Assembly (NCBI GenBank): GCA_903944345.1
Contig: CAJARJ010000005.1
Location: 7,890-71,889 of the forward strand
From: Candidatus Omnitrophota bacterium
GTDB taxonomy: Bacteria; Omnitrophota; Gorgyraeia; Zapsychrales; Fredricksoniimonadaceae
Length of the DNA stretch: 64,000 bases
Reading direction: 5' to 3'
In this document: positions 28,267 through 38,086 of the stretch, one piece after another
Layout of the letters: each line of letters opens with the position of its first letter
How positions within the stretch are numbered: the first letter of the stretch is position 1
The notes under the pieces: generated by a model
Told to the model about the DNA's origin: nothing
Databases searched by the model: none
The model's input: the letters and a program-made list of their open reading frames with translations, nothing else
Position numbers and translations under genes: made by a program

Positions 28267-30105
28267 ATGCGGCGCCAGTCGAAACGTCCTGGTTTTTACT
28301 GGGTCTATATCGTTCGCTGCCGATTGGGGACTTATTATGTTGGTTGCACTAATGATCTTGAAAAACGGATTAAACGGCATAATACGGGTCAAGGTGCAAA
28401 ATATTTAAGAGGCCGAGGCCCGGTTGAGCTTGTCTACAGAACAAAATGCCCAACCTTTGCTGCAGCCCTTCGTCTGGAATGGAAAATCAAACAGCTCTCA
28501 CATTCAGATAAAGAAAGATTGTTGTCGCAATATTCTGCTCAAGCAGCTTTAACTGCCAGACAAGATCCAAAATCGACGAATGCTGATAAAAGGAAAAATA
28601 TGAATGAAATTAACGAAAAAGAATTTCTCAGGCTTGCTTCCAAAGGTGGGCTTATTCCGGTATTTCGGGAGATCCCGGGCGACCTTGAGACGCCAGTTTC
28701 AGCCTATTTTAAAATCAGCAAGGCCAACAAATATTCGTTTCTGCTTGAATCTGTTGAAGGCGGAGAGAAACTGGCACGTTATTCTTTTCTGGCAGCAGCG
28801 CCAGAATGTGTTCTGGAGTCTAAAGGACGTGTGGCTAAAATTATTCGTTTTACAAAAAAAGGCCCTGTAGCCCATGCGGCTCCTTTTCGTGATTCACCAT
28901 TGGAAATCGTTCGGGAGTTGATTAGTAAGTATAATTATGTTAATATCTCAGGTCTTCCGGGTTTTAGTGGAGGATTTGTAGGCTATCTTGGCTATGATAT
29001 GGTTCGGTTCTTTGAGAATTTGCCAGAAAAAACTGAAGATGATCTTGGTTTACCTGATATGGTTCTGATGCTTGCCAAGGATTTACTGATCTTTGATCAT
29101 TTGCATCATACGATCAAAGTCATTAGCTGTACGGAGATAGACAGCCATGATGACCGATTAACAAAAATCCGTAAATTCAGGCAGGCCCATAAAAGAATCG
29201 CTAAAATGGTTGGTTTATTGTCTGCACCTTTACCAAAATTGAAACGTGCCAGACAAAAATCGTCCTCCGCAGAAGCCAAAGCTACTGCCGATTTGTCAAA
29301 AACGAAGTACGAGTCTATGGTCAGCCGGGCAAAAGAAGAAATTCGCTCGGGTGAAATTATACAAGTTGTTCTCTCTCAGCGTTTTAAGGTTGATTGTCCG
29401 ATTGATTCCATAGAACTTTATAGAACCCTTCGTAATCTTAATCCGTCACCGTATATGTATTTATTAAACCTTGACGGTCTCAATATTGTCGGTTCTTCTC
29501 CGGAATTACTTATGCGTTGCGAGAATGGCATTGTCGAAACTCGACCGATCGCAGGAACCAGACCTCGAGGGCATTCTCTGGAGGATGATCTAAGGCTCGA
29601 ACAAGAGCTTCTGAATGATCCTAAAGAACGGGCAGAACATGTCATGCTCGTTGATCTGGGACGCAATGATCTCGGGCGAGTCTGCCGGGAAGGCAGCGTC
29701 AGGGTCACTGATCTCATGTCTGTTGAACGTTTTTCACACGTTATGCATATTGTCTCCAACGTCCGTGGAGAATTGGCTGAAGGACAAGATGCCTTAAGCG
29801 CGCTTCAATCTGTTTTTCCGGCCGGGACTTTATCCGGAGCACCCAAAGTCCGCGCCATGCAGATTATCGAGGAATTGGAAACAAAACGCCGTGGCCCCTA
29901 TGGGGGGTGTGTTGGATATTTCAGCTTCTCCGGAAATATCGATACCTGTATAACGATTCGTACGATTGTTTTAAGCAAGGGGTCTGCTTATATTCAGGCT
30001 GGCGCGGGAATCGTGGCAGATTCAGATCCTTTTACCGAATACAACGAAACACTAAACAAGGCTAAAGCGCAAATAAAAGCGCTGCAATTGGCGCAACGGC
30101 GCTGA
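28267..30105 (+). CDS. trpE: In-frame fusion: N-terminal GIY-YIG (YhbQ/UPF0213-like) domain + anthranilate synthase component I (TrpE); internal ATG with own RBS at 28600
   Basis: Residues 8-90 YWVYIVRC..GTYYVGCTNDLEKRIKRHNTGQGAKYLRGRGPVELVY match YhbQ; from MNEINEKEFL: LLESVEGGEKLARYSF, PIAGTRPRG, GAGIVADSDP TrpE motifs; no stop between the domains. Confidence 0.75.
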   Translation: MRRQSKRPGFYWVYIVRCRLGTYYVGCTNDLEKRIKRHNTGQGAKYLRGRGPVELVYRTKCPTFAAALRLEWKIKQLSHSDKERLLSQYSAQAALTARQDPKSTNADKRKNMNEINEKEFLRLASKGGLIPVFREIPGDLETPVSAYFKISKANKYSFLLESVEGGEKLARYSFLAAAPECVLESKGRVAKIIRFTKKGPVAHAAPFRDSPLEIVRELISKYNYVNISGLPGFSGGFVGYLGYDMVRFFENLPEKTEDDLGLPDMVLMLAKDLLIFDHLHHTIKVISCTEIDSHDDRLTKIRKFRQAHKRIAKMVGLLSAPLPKLKRARQKSSSAEAKATADLSKTKYESMVSRAKEEIRSGEIIQVVLSQRFKVDCPIDSIELYRTLRNLNPSPYMYLLNLDGLNIVGSSPELLMRCENGIVETRPIAGTRPRGHSLEDDLRLEQELLNDPKERAEHVMLVDLGRNDLGRVCREGSVRVTDLMSVERFSHVMHIVSNVRGELAEGQDALSALQSVFPAGTLSGAPKVRAMQIIEELETKRRGPYGGCVGYFSFSGNIDTCITIRTIVLSKGSAYIQAGAGIVADSDPFTEYNETLNKAKAQIKALQLAQRR

Positions 30106-30136
30106 AGGTTTAAACAGAAAGAAAGGAAAGAGTTTC

Positions 30137-30388
30137 ATGGAAGTCAAAATCAGAATGCAGAAATTTGGAAATGCTGCACAAAAGAATTATAATTGGAGGA
30201 TTGTGGCTATTCCAAAAGAATCTCCTCGCGATGGCCGCGTACTTGAAATCCTGGGACATTATGATCCAGCCAAAAAGCCGGCAACATACAAGATTGATCT
30301 GGCAAAAACAGAGAAGTGGCTGAAAACCGGAGCCATTATGTCCGATACTGTAAAGTCACTTTATTTGAAATCCAAAAAAGCTAAGTAA
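30137..30388 (+). CDS. rpsP: 30S ribosomal protein S16
   Basis: 83 aa; MEVKIRMQKFGNAAQKNYNWRIVAIPKESPRDGRVLEILGHYDP. Confidence 0.85.
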   Translation: MEVKIRMQKFGNAAQKNYNWRIVAIPKESPRDGRVLEILGHYDPAKKPATYKIDLAKTEKWLKTGAIMSDTVKSLYLKSKKAK

Positions 30389-30404
30389 ACCGGAAAGGTT
30401 TTTC

Positions 30405-30689
30405 ATGCAGACACCTGCCCAGCCGAATATCATCGCGCAGTTGCTTCCGATGGTGATTATTTTCGGGATTTTCTATTTTCTTGTTATTCGTCCCGAGCGC
30501 AAGAAGCAAAAAGACCACCAGCTACTGCTGGCCGGAATTAAGAAAAACGATGAAGTTGTTACTGCGTCCGGCATCCACGGTACTGTTGTTATCGTCAAGG
30601 ACAAAACAGTAGTGCTTCGTCTTGATGAAAATTGCCGGGTTGAATTCGATAAAGAGGCAGTCCTGACAATTGTCAAGAAAGCCGAATAA
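30405..30689 (+). CDS. yajC: Preprotein translocase subunit YajC
   Basis: 94 aa; single TM plus ...FLVIRPERKKQK YajC signature. Confidence 0.85.
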   Translation: MQTPAQPNIIAQLLPMVIIFGIFYFLVIRPERKKQKDHQLLLAGIKKNDEVVTASGIHGTVVIVKDKTVVLRLDENCRVEFDKEAVLTIVKKAE

Positions 30690-30759
30690 CCGCCGGTCTC
30701 CCTTTTTTCAGGGCAGATCCTGCTTGCGGAGATTCGTTACAACAAATTAAGGAAGACTT

Positions 30760-32970
30760 ATGAGCAAGTCGCTTCGTAGCCGTTTTCTGATTATTTTTGG
30801 TGTTCTGGCCGGTTGCATTCTCTTCGCATGGCCACTGGAAAAACGCATAAACCTCGGACTGGATCTTAAAGGGGGGATGCATCTTATCCTCAAAGTCGAG
30901 ACGGATTCCCTCCCGGCTAAAGATCGTCCAGATGCTGTTTTGCGTGCCATGGAAATTCTGCGCAATCGTATTGACAGCCTGGGTGTTGGCGAAACAGTTG
31001 TTCAGCGCCAGGGAGAAAACAATATTCTTGTTCAGTTGCCTGGTGTTACAGACCGGGAAACGGCTGTCGACATGGTTAAACGTGTGGCGCACCTTGAATT
31101 CCATCTGGTGGATGATGATTCTGCCAGAATGCAGGAGGCTCTTAAAGGCTCTGTTCCTGAAGGTGTTCTGCTCAAAACCATCAAAGATGACAATGATCAG
31201 ATTCTCATAAGCGCGAAAGCGGCTTTACAGGGTTCGGCCATTACTGATGCCAAGGTTGATTTTGACCAAACCGGAATTTCTCCACAAATTTCCCTTTCCT
31301 TTAACGCCCAGGGAACCAAAGATTTTGCCGCGCTGACCCAGGATAATGTTGGTAAACGGCTGGCTATTGTTCTTGATGGGGAAGTGCTTTCGGCCCCTAA
31401 CATTCGCGAACCAATTCTGACTGGCAGCGCCCAAATCAGTGGTCAATTTACTTTTGATGAAGCCTCACTCCTCGCGCTGGCGCTGCGTTCCGGTTCATTA
31501 CCTGTCCCGATTCATATTGAAGAAGAACGTACAGTTGGCCCTCTTTTAGGACAGGACTCTATTAACGCGGGATTTAAAGCTGTCCTTATTGGTGCGCTTT
31601 TGGTGTTCTTTTTTATGATCGTCTATTATATGATTGGCGGTCTTGTGGCCACTCTGGCGCTTATGCTGAATTTGATCATGACTGTCGGGATCATGGGATT
31701 TCTTAATGTCATGCTGCCCAACTCACAAGTAACACTGACTCTGCCCGGCATTGCCGGTCTGGCGTTGACGCTGGGTATGGCTGTCGATGCCAATATCCTT
31801 ATTAATGAACGTATGCGTGAAGAAATCGATAACGGCCGCCCTCTCGCCGCTGCTGTAAACGCAGGCTATGACAAGGCCCTGACCGCGATTATTGATTCAA
31901 ACGTAACCACGATTATTGCTGCCTTCATGTTATTCCAGTTCGGGTCCGGTCCGATCAAGGGCTTTGCCGTTACTCTGACCATCGGCTTGTTAGCAAGTTT
32001 GTTCTCTGCTGTGTATGTAACACGTACTGTTTTTATGCTCCTTCTGGAGAAGAACTGGATCAAGTCCTTACCCATGTTGCGTCTTATCAAGGAAACCAAA
32101 ATTGACTTTATCGGGAAAGCTCCAATCTTCATAATTGCGGCAATTTTGCTTATGACTCTGGGACTTTATAATCTTTACCAGAAAAAAGATACAGCTTATG
32201 GTATAGATTTTGCCGGCGGGCAGGTTCAGGAGTATCGCTTTACAAATCCGCTGTCTGCAGAAGACCTGCGTAAAGCTTTTAAAAACGCCGGGGTAAAGGA
32301 TGCTGTTATTCAACAATTTGCACAAAATCCGCAGAATGTCATCATTCGAACACCTGAAGACACCTATGAGTTGGTTCAGCAAACACTCAAACAGTCTTTC
32401 CCAGGCAATGCCTTTGAAACTTTACGTATCGAGAAAGTCGGTCCGGTAGTAGGACAACATTTGCGCACACGTGCGTTCTGGGCATTGTTACTTGCCTTGT
32501 TGGGAATCATCATTTATGTATGGTTTCGTTTCAAGCATATCGATTTTGCCGTGGCGGGAGTTATTGCGCTTTTACACGACGTCTTTATTGCGATGGGGAT
32601 CACGGTTCTTTTAGGACGACAGATTGACCTTCTGATTGTCACGGCTTTTTTGACAATCGCAGGGTATTCTATCAATGACACCATTGTTATTTATGATCGT
32701 GTTCGTGAGAATATCGCCAAGTCCGGACACAAAAAGTTTGTTCTCAAGGATGTTATCAATTTAAGTCTGAATCAGACCTTGGGCCGGACACTACTAACTT
32801 CTTTGGCGACTTTACTTGTGGTTATTGCTTTTTATTTCTTTGGCGGTGAAGTTCTTAACACCTTCGCTTTAACATTAGTTATTGGATTTATTGCTGGTAT
32901 TTTCTCAACCATGTACATTGTTTCACCTCTGGTTATCTGGTGGAATCTGCTCAGAAAAACATCCTGGTGA
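30760..32970 (+). CDS. secDF: Fused protein-export membrane protein SecDF
   Basis: 736 aa; SecD N-term (LGLDLKGGMHL) and SecF core (GIDFAGGQVQEY) in one frame. Confidence 0.85.
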   Translation: MSKSLRSRFLIIFGVLAGCILFAWPLEKRINLGLDLKGGMHLILKVETDSLPAKDRPDAVLRAMEILRNRIDSLGVGETVVQRQGENNILVQLPGVTDRETAVDMVKRVAHLEFHLVDDDSARMQEALKGSVPEGVLLKTIKDDNDQILISAKAALQGSAITDAKVDFDQTGISPQISLSFNAQGTKDFAALTQDNVGKRLAIVLDGEVLSAPNIREPILTGSAQISGQFTFDEASLLALALRSGSLPVPIHIEEERTVGPLLGQDSINAGFKAVLIGALLVFFFMIVYYMIGGLVATLALMLNLIMTVGIMGFLNVMLPNSQVTLTLPGIAGLALTLGMAVDANILINERMREEIDNGRPLAAAVNAGYDKALTAIIDSNVTTIIAAFMLFQFGSGPIKGFAVTLTIGLLASLFSAVYVTRTVFMLLLEKNWIKSLPMLRLIKETKIDFIGKAPIFIIAAILLMTLGLYNLYQKKDTAYGIDFAGGQVQEYRFTNPLSAEDLRKAFKNAGVKDAVIQQFAQNPQNVIIRTPEDTYELVQQTLKQSFPGNAFETLRIEKVGPVVGQHLRTRAFWALLLALLGIIIYVWFRFKHIDFAVAGVIALLHDVFIAMGITVLLGRQIDLLIVTAFLTIAGYSINDTIVIYDRVRENIAKSGHKKFVLKDVINLSLNQTLGRTLLTSLATLLVVIAFYFFGGEVLNTFALTLVIGFIAGIFSTMYIVSPLVIWWNLLRKTSW

Positions 32971-33020
32971 ACCTATAATGGGGAGTTTATTTGCTCCCTG
33001 AGCGGGGAAAGTTTGATGAA

Positions 33021-33054
33021 AAAGCCTTTACGCCTATGGCGCAAAGGCTTTTTC
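33021..33054 (+). terminator. Rho-independent terminator after secDF
   Basis: AAAGCCTTTACGCC-tatg-GGCGCAAAGGCTTT stem (1 mismatch) followed by TTCC. Confidence 0.55.
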
Positions 33055-33070
33055 CTTAACCGGAGTCAGT

Positions 33071-34963
33071 ATGTTCCGTTCAATAAAATATTTTGTCTCC
33101 CAGCATATTGCCTTCGATGAATTCTCTACCGGGCTCATTCGTTTCGGATACGCACGTGTCAAAACTGTTGCCCAGGAGGGGGAATACGCCATCCGCGGAG
33201 AAATCATTGACATCTTTCCTTCCGGATTCGATTCGCCGGTACGCATTGACAGTGAAGATGGTATTATCCGAAAAATCTTTTCCTTCCAGATAATCTCGGG
33301 GAAAAATGTCTGGGAACATGAAGCTGTCATAATTTTCCCGGTTAAAGGGCTTGCCCCGGATGAAGTTTTCCAGGAAGACATGCCGTTAACGCCTTTTGTG
33401 GATATCCGCAAGGGGGACTATGTTGTTCATAACCAGCATGGGATCGGTCGGTTTATCGGCCTCAAAGAGTTTGCGGTCGATCTAAAGCAAGTCGAGCATT
33501 TTGTAATTGAGTACCAAGGTGGAGATAAACTTTTTGTACCCCAGAAGGATCTTCATCTCGTCCAGAAATACATTGGCTTCACAAAAAAGCCCCCCCGTCT
33601 TTTCCGCCTTGGCTCCCGCGAATGGGAAAAGATCCGCAAGACAATAGAAAAACGACTCCAACGCCTTGCCTCAGAACTCCTTCACGTGCAGGCGTTGCGT
33701 AACAGCATGGTAGGGTTTGCCTGTACCAAAGACAATGAATGGCAGTCCGAATTCGAACAAACGTTTCCTTTTATTGAAACTCCGGATCAGAGTAAAGCTG
33801 CACTTGAAGTTAAGGCAGACATGGAATCCCCCCGACCAATGGATCGTTTGTTATGTGGCGATGTGGGATACGGAAAAACAGAAGTTGCCATGCGTGCAGC
33901 CTTCAAGGCTGTCATGAACGCAAAACAAGTCGCAATTCTGGTGCCGACAACAGTTCTGGCGGAACAGCATTATCTTAATTTTTCAAGGCGGATGAAGGAC
34001 TTTCCTGTGCGTATCGGCATGGTTTCCCGTTTCAGAAGCAAAAATGAACAAATTCATACCATTAAAGAAGCCGCTGCCGGAAAAGTGGATATTATTATCG
34101 GAACGCATCGCCTGCTTTCCAAAGATGTACACTTCAGGGATCTTGGGCTGATCATTATTGATGAAGAACAACGCTTTGGAGTAACAGCAAAAGAACGACT
34201 AAAACATATGAAGCTGTTATGCGATGTGTTAACAATGACCGCGACACCGATACCGCGCACGCTTTATATGGCTATGGTCAGTTGCCGTGACATGTCCGTC
34301 ATTTCCACCCCTCCGTCCAACCGGATTCCGGTTGCAACCGAAATCATCTGCTTTGATGAAGACACTATTCGTCTGGCCATTAAACGTGAACTGGCCCGCG
34401 GGGGACAGGTCTTCTTTCTTCATAATCATGTTGAAGACATTATTACTGTCGCAGGAAAGATCGCAAAACTTGTTCCTAAAGCTCGTCTTGGCATAGGTCA
34501 TGGGCAAATGCCGGGGAAAGACCTGGAAAATATCATGCTTGATTTTCTCAAAGGCGAGATTGATGTTTTAGTCTGTACGACTATAATAGAATCAGGTATA
34601 GATATTCCTAATGCCAATACGCTGATTGTTAATAAAGCTGACCGTTTCGGGTTATCCGATCTGCATCAACTGCGTGGACGTGTAGGACGTACAAATATAA
34701 AAGCCTATGCCTATTTCATAGTCCCGGACAGATCAATTTTATCCGGTGTCGCGCGCAAACGGATGGAAGTTTTACAGAAATTCAGCGATCTGGGTGCCGG
34801 ATTTCATATTGCATTCGAAGATCTTCAGATAAGAGGCGCTGGCAACCTCCTCGGGGAACAGCAGCACGGCTATATTTCCAATGTAGGCTTTGACCTTTAT
34901 TGCCGAATGTTAAAAGGATCAGTCGAAAATCTTAAAAAAGAAATGGCTCGCACCAATGCTTAA
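33071..34963 (+). CDS. mfd: Transcription-repair coupling factor Mfd, short form (D3-D4(RID)-D5-D6 only; lacks UvrB-homology D1a/D2/D1b and C-terminal D7)
   Basis: 630 aa; RNAP-interaction domain [17 protein letters not shown]...[15 protein letters not shown]; helicase motifs [24 protein letters not shown]; ends right after [13 protein letters not shown]; terminator upstream, so no N-terminal extension. Confidence 0.75.
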   Translation: MFRSIKYFVSQHIAFDEFSTGLIRFGYARVKTVAQEGEYAIRGEIIDIFPSGFDSPVRIDSEDGIIRKIFSFQIISGKNVWEHEAVIIFPVKGLAPDEVFQEDMPLTPFVDIRKGDYVVHNQHGIGRFIGLKEFAVDLKQVEHFVIEYQGGDKLFVPQKDLHLVQKYIGFTKKPPRLFRLGSREWEKIRKTIEKRLQRLASELLHVQALRNSMVGFACTKDNEWQSEFEQTFPFIETPDQSKAALEVKADMESPRPMDRLLCGDVGYGKTEVAMRAAFKAVMNAKQVAILVPTTVLAEQHYLNFSRRMKDFPVRIGMVSRFRSKNEQIHTIKEAAAGKVDIIIGTHRLLSKDVHFRDLGLIIIDEEQRFGVTAKERLKHMKLLCDVLTMTATPIPRTLYMAMVSCRDMSVISTPPSNRIPVATEIICFDEDTIRLAIKRELARGGQVFFLHNHVEDIITVAGKIAKLVPKARLGIGHGQMPGKDLENIMLDFLKGEIDVLVCTTIIESGIDIPNANTLIVNKADRFGLSDLHQLRGRVGRTNIKAYAYFIVPDRSILSGVARKRMEVLQKFSDLGAGFHIAFEDLQIRGAGNLLGEQQHGYISNVGFDLYCRMLKGSVENLKKEMARTNA

Positions 34964-35888
34964 TAAATACTTTCTTTCCTGTTTTCTCCTGTTCTGTTTT
35001 TTTTATCCCCGTCCTTCTTTAGCCATCGAAGACGGCATTCTGGCCATCGTTAATGACCAGGTTATTACCATCAAAGACTTGCGCGATGCCATGAAAGGCG
35101 TTTTTTCCCAACTTAGAATTGAAGGACGTTCGCCGGCAGAAATTGAAGAAATAATGACTCAATATGAAACCAAGGGCATTCAGCAGCTTATAGAAGATCG
35201 ACTTGTCCTTACGGCGGCCGAACAATCGGGAATTATTATTAAACCGGTCGCCATCGAAACCAAAATTCGCGAAATAGAAAGCAATTACCCTTCCTCCCAG
35301 GCCTTTCGTGATGCTCTTTTGAAAGAAGGACTTACGATTACTGATTTGCGCAAAAAGATTTCTGATCAGTTCAAAGGCCAGGTTGTAGTCGAAAACGAGG
35401 TGCGTGCAAAGATCAAGATCAACCCCCAGGAAGTAACCGCATATTTCAATTCCCATATTCAGGAGTTTAAGAACCGTCCGCGATTATACCTGAATTCTAT
35501 CTTTGTCCAGAAAGGACTGGCGTCTGAGTCAGCCAAAGAGAAGATTGAACAAGCTATGGACCAGGTCAAGCTGGGCCGTGATTTCAAGGAAGTCCTCCAG
35601 GAATTCTCCGAGCTGCCTTCGGTTGGAGAGATCAGTTCGGACTCCCTGCGTCCCGAATTGAAAGATAAAGTAAGTTTCCTCAACATAGGACAGGTTTCGG
35701 AAATTATTGAAATGGACAACGGTTACTATATTTTCAAACTGGAAGGCCGTACTCCTGGTATTGAGGCAAGCCTGTCAGCTGAAAAAGATCGTATTTACCA
35801 AAAAATTTATCAGGACAAGTTTCGTCAACGGTTTAGGGAATGGATTGATGGTCTACGCAAAAAAACCTATATTGAAATCAAAGAATAA
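34956..35888 (+). CDS. SurA-like periplasmic chaperone / PPIase-domain protein
   Basis: Signal peptide; SurA N-domain-like (ILAIVNDQVITIKDL); parvulin-like C-terminus (GQVSEIIEMDNGYYIFKLEG). Confidence 0.6.
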   Translation: MLNKYFLSCFLLFCFFYPRPSLAIEDGILAIVNDQVITIKDLRDAMKGVFSQLRIEGRSPAEIEEIMTQYETKGIQQLIEDRLVLTAAEQSGIIIKPVAIETKIREIESNYPSSQAFRDALLKEGLTITDLRKKISDQFKGQVVVENEVRAKIKINPQEVTAYFNSHIQEFKNRPRLYLNSIFVQKGLASESAKEKIEQAMDQVKLGRDFKEVLQEFSELPSVGEISSDSLRPELKDKVSFLNIGQVSEIIEMDNGYYIFKLEGRTPGIEASLSAEKDRIYQKIYQDKFRQRFREWIDGLRKKTYIEIKE

Positions 35889-36834
35889 ATTACCTCCAGG
35901 TAAGAAGCTGGTCGGGATTACCATGGGTGACCCTGCCGGTATTGGCCCCGAGGTAATTGCGGGAACCTTGAACTCTCCCGGATTCTCTTTACCCCGGGAC
36001 ACGGAATGTGTTGTTATCGGCAACGCATCTGTTTTTCGACTTGCCGGAGGCAAACCAGGCGAGGGACATATTTTTATTGATATTACTGCACAAAAACTGG
36101 CCCATCAACCAGGAAAGCCTTCGTCTGCTTCTGCCCGCGATTCTCTGTATTATCTCGAGCATGCGATCCAGATGTTAAAAGACGGACGTCTCTCGGCTTT
36201 AGTGACCGGACCTGTATGTAAAGAATCCATCGGACAATTCCTCCCGGGCTTTCGAGGTCATACAACATTCCTTGCCACGGAATTTTCCTGTAAAGATGTC
36301 GAGATGCTTTTTATTGCTCCTGGTACAAAAATGCTGTTGGTGACCAGACACATCCCCCTTAAAGATGTGGCCCGTGCTTTATCCGCCAGGAAAATTACAG
36401 CTGTTATTAATACTGCGGCCTTATGTCTACGGCATCAATTTGGAATCGTTGCGCCCAGGATAGCAGTTTGCGGACTGAATCCGCATGCGGGGGAGAACGG
36501 CCATATCGGCAAAGAAGAACAGGAACATATTATTCCGGCTATCCGCAATCTTTCAGCTTCTGGCTGGGATGTCCAGGGACCATTTCCGGCAGACACTCTT
36601 TTTGAGCCCCGTATCAGTAAAGATTTCGACCTGCTGGTAACCATGTACCATGACCAGGGCCTTCCGGTTTTAAAAGCAATGCATTTCGATAGTCTGGTTA
36701 ATGTGACTGCCGGGCTTCCTTTTGTACGAACATCTCCGGCCCATGGAACAGCCTTTAATATTGCGGGAAAACGAATTGCCTCAATCGGTTCTATGCGGGC
36801 GGCAGTACAACTAGCCCTCAAGATGAGCTCATGA
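35848..36834 (+). CDS. pdxA: 4-hydroxythreonine-4-phosphate dehydrogenase (start ATG 35848, alternative 35923)
   Basis: ITMGDPAGIGPEV N-terminal signature; HTTFLATEF, NPHAGENGH metal-site motifs. Confidence 0.8.
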   Translation: MVYAKKPILKSKNKLPPGKKLVGITMGDPAGIGPEVIAGTLNSPGFSLPRDTECVVIGNASVFRLAGGKPGEGHIFIDITAQKLAHQPGKPSSASARDSLYYLEHAIQMLKDGRLSALVTGPVCKESIGQFLPGFRGHTTFLATEFSCKDVEMLFIAPGTKMLLVTRHIPLKDVARALSARKITAVINTAALCLRHQFGIVAPRIAVCGLNPHAGENGHIGKEEQEHIIPAIRNLSASGWDVQGPFPADTLFEPRISKDFDLLVTMYHDQGLPVLKAMHFDSLVNVTAGLPFVRTSPAHGTAFNIAGKRIASIGSMRAAVQLALKMSS

Positions 36835-37703
36835 GCGACACTTTGTCCTTTTCACAGTCGATAAAATCTTCTGCATTCGTCCCCCGGAAGTCTCTCGGGC
36901 AGAACTTCCTGGTGGATCAAAGGATGATTGCCCGTATGGTCAGAGCCTGTGAATTTTCTCGTTCTGACACTGTGCTGGAGATTGGGCCAGGACAGGGAGC
37001 ATTAACTTTCATTATTCTTCCCCAGGTGCAGCAGATTATTGCGGTCGAAACCGATGCCCGTCTTGCCGAGCAACTGATTTTGACCCAGCCGCCTGATAAA
37101 CTTAAAGTCATTCACAAGGATTTCCTTAAATATGACTTTTCTGATCTTACCCCGCCGCTTAAACTGGTTGGGAACCTGCCTTATTATATTTCGACACCCA
37201 TCATGCTTAGATTTCTTGAGCAGAGAAAGATTTTTACAGATTTCCATTTTACTGTCCAACTGGAGTTCGGCAAAAGACTGGTCGCGAGCCCGGGAACCAA
37301 AGACTATTCTTCTCTGACCTGTTTCGTGAACTATTTCACAGAACCCACACTGCTTTTTCATATTCCTAATTCGGCATTTCGTCCTGCCCCAAAAATAAAA
37401 TCATGTTTTATGCGTTTGAAAGTACGCCCGCAGCCGTTGGTCAGGGTTAATGATGAGCCATTCTTTCTGAATCTTGTCCGTCTGTCATTTCTGCAGCGCC
37501 GCAAGATGCTGATCAATACGCTTTCGTCTCTCAACACCAGAACGCAATTAACGACGGCTTTCGAAAAGGCCTCAATTCCGCTAAACGCCCGCGCTGAAGA
37601 GCTGACCGTGGAACAATTCGGCTCGCTGGCTAATCAACTTACTAAACTTCATTCCGCTGGCAATAAATCTGAATCTGATACCTGTTTACTAATGGACGGA
37701 TAG
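36831..37703 (+). CDS. rsmA: 16S rRNA (adenine1518/1519-N6)-dimethyltransferase
   Basis: KSLGQNFLVD, VLEIGPGQGALT; surA-pdxA-ksgA order as in E. coli. Confidence 0.9.
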   Translation: MSDTLSFSQSIKSSAFVPRKSLGQNFLVDQRMIARMVRACEFSRSDTVLEIGPGQGALTFIILPQVQQIIAVETDARLAEQLILTQPPDKLKVIHKDFLKYDFSDLTPPLKLVGNLPYYISTPIMLRFLEQRKIFTDFHFTVQLEFGKRLVASPGTKDYSSLTCFVNYFTEPTLLFHIPNSAFRPAPKIKSCFMRLKVRPQPLVRVNDEPFFLNLVRLSFLQRRKMLINTLSSLNTRTQLTTAFEKASIPLNARAEELTVEQFGSLANQLTKLHSAGNKSESDTCLLMDG

Positions 37704-37705
37704 AC

Positions 37706-38086
37706 ATGGAAAAAAAGATCTATTACCATGATACAGATTGCGGGGGAGTCGTCTATTACGGACGATACCTTAACTATCTGGAAGAAGCTCGTACTGAATA
37801 TCTGGAAAACCGGGGAATCTCGGTAAAAGCAATCGCCATACAGGGATTCTTTTTCGCTGTCCGCTCCTGCAATATTGTTTATAAGAGTCCGGCTCGTTAT
37901 GGAGACGTGCTCGTTTGCGATGCAGTTCTCCGGGATCAGACTCCTGCACAGATTATTTTCATTCAGGAAATAAAACAAAAAAACTCCGGCAAACTGGTGG
38001 CAAAGGCTGAAGTCGCCCTTGTCTGCCTGGATAATGCCTTTCACCCCGTTGCTATCCCAAACCAGATCAAGGAAAACTTGCGATGA
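37706..38086 (+). CDS. Hotdog-fold acyl-CoA thioesterase (YbgC-like)
   Basis: YYHDTDCGGVVYYGRYLNYLEEAR 4HBT signature. Confidence 0.7.
   Translation: MEKKIYYHDTDCGGVVYYGRYLNYLEEARTEYLENRGISVKAIAIQGFFFAVRSCNIVYKSPARYGDVLVCDAVLRDQTPAQIIFIQEIKQKNSGKLVAKAEVALVCLDNAFHPVAIPNQIKENLR

Noticed and set aside
28604-28870. 88-aa ORF in an alternative frame at the start of the TrpE domain
   Set aside because: Entirely internal to the well-supported trpE frame and without motifs; spurious.
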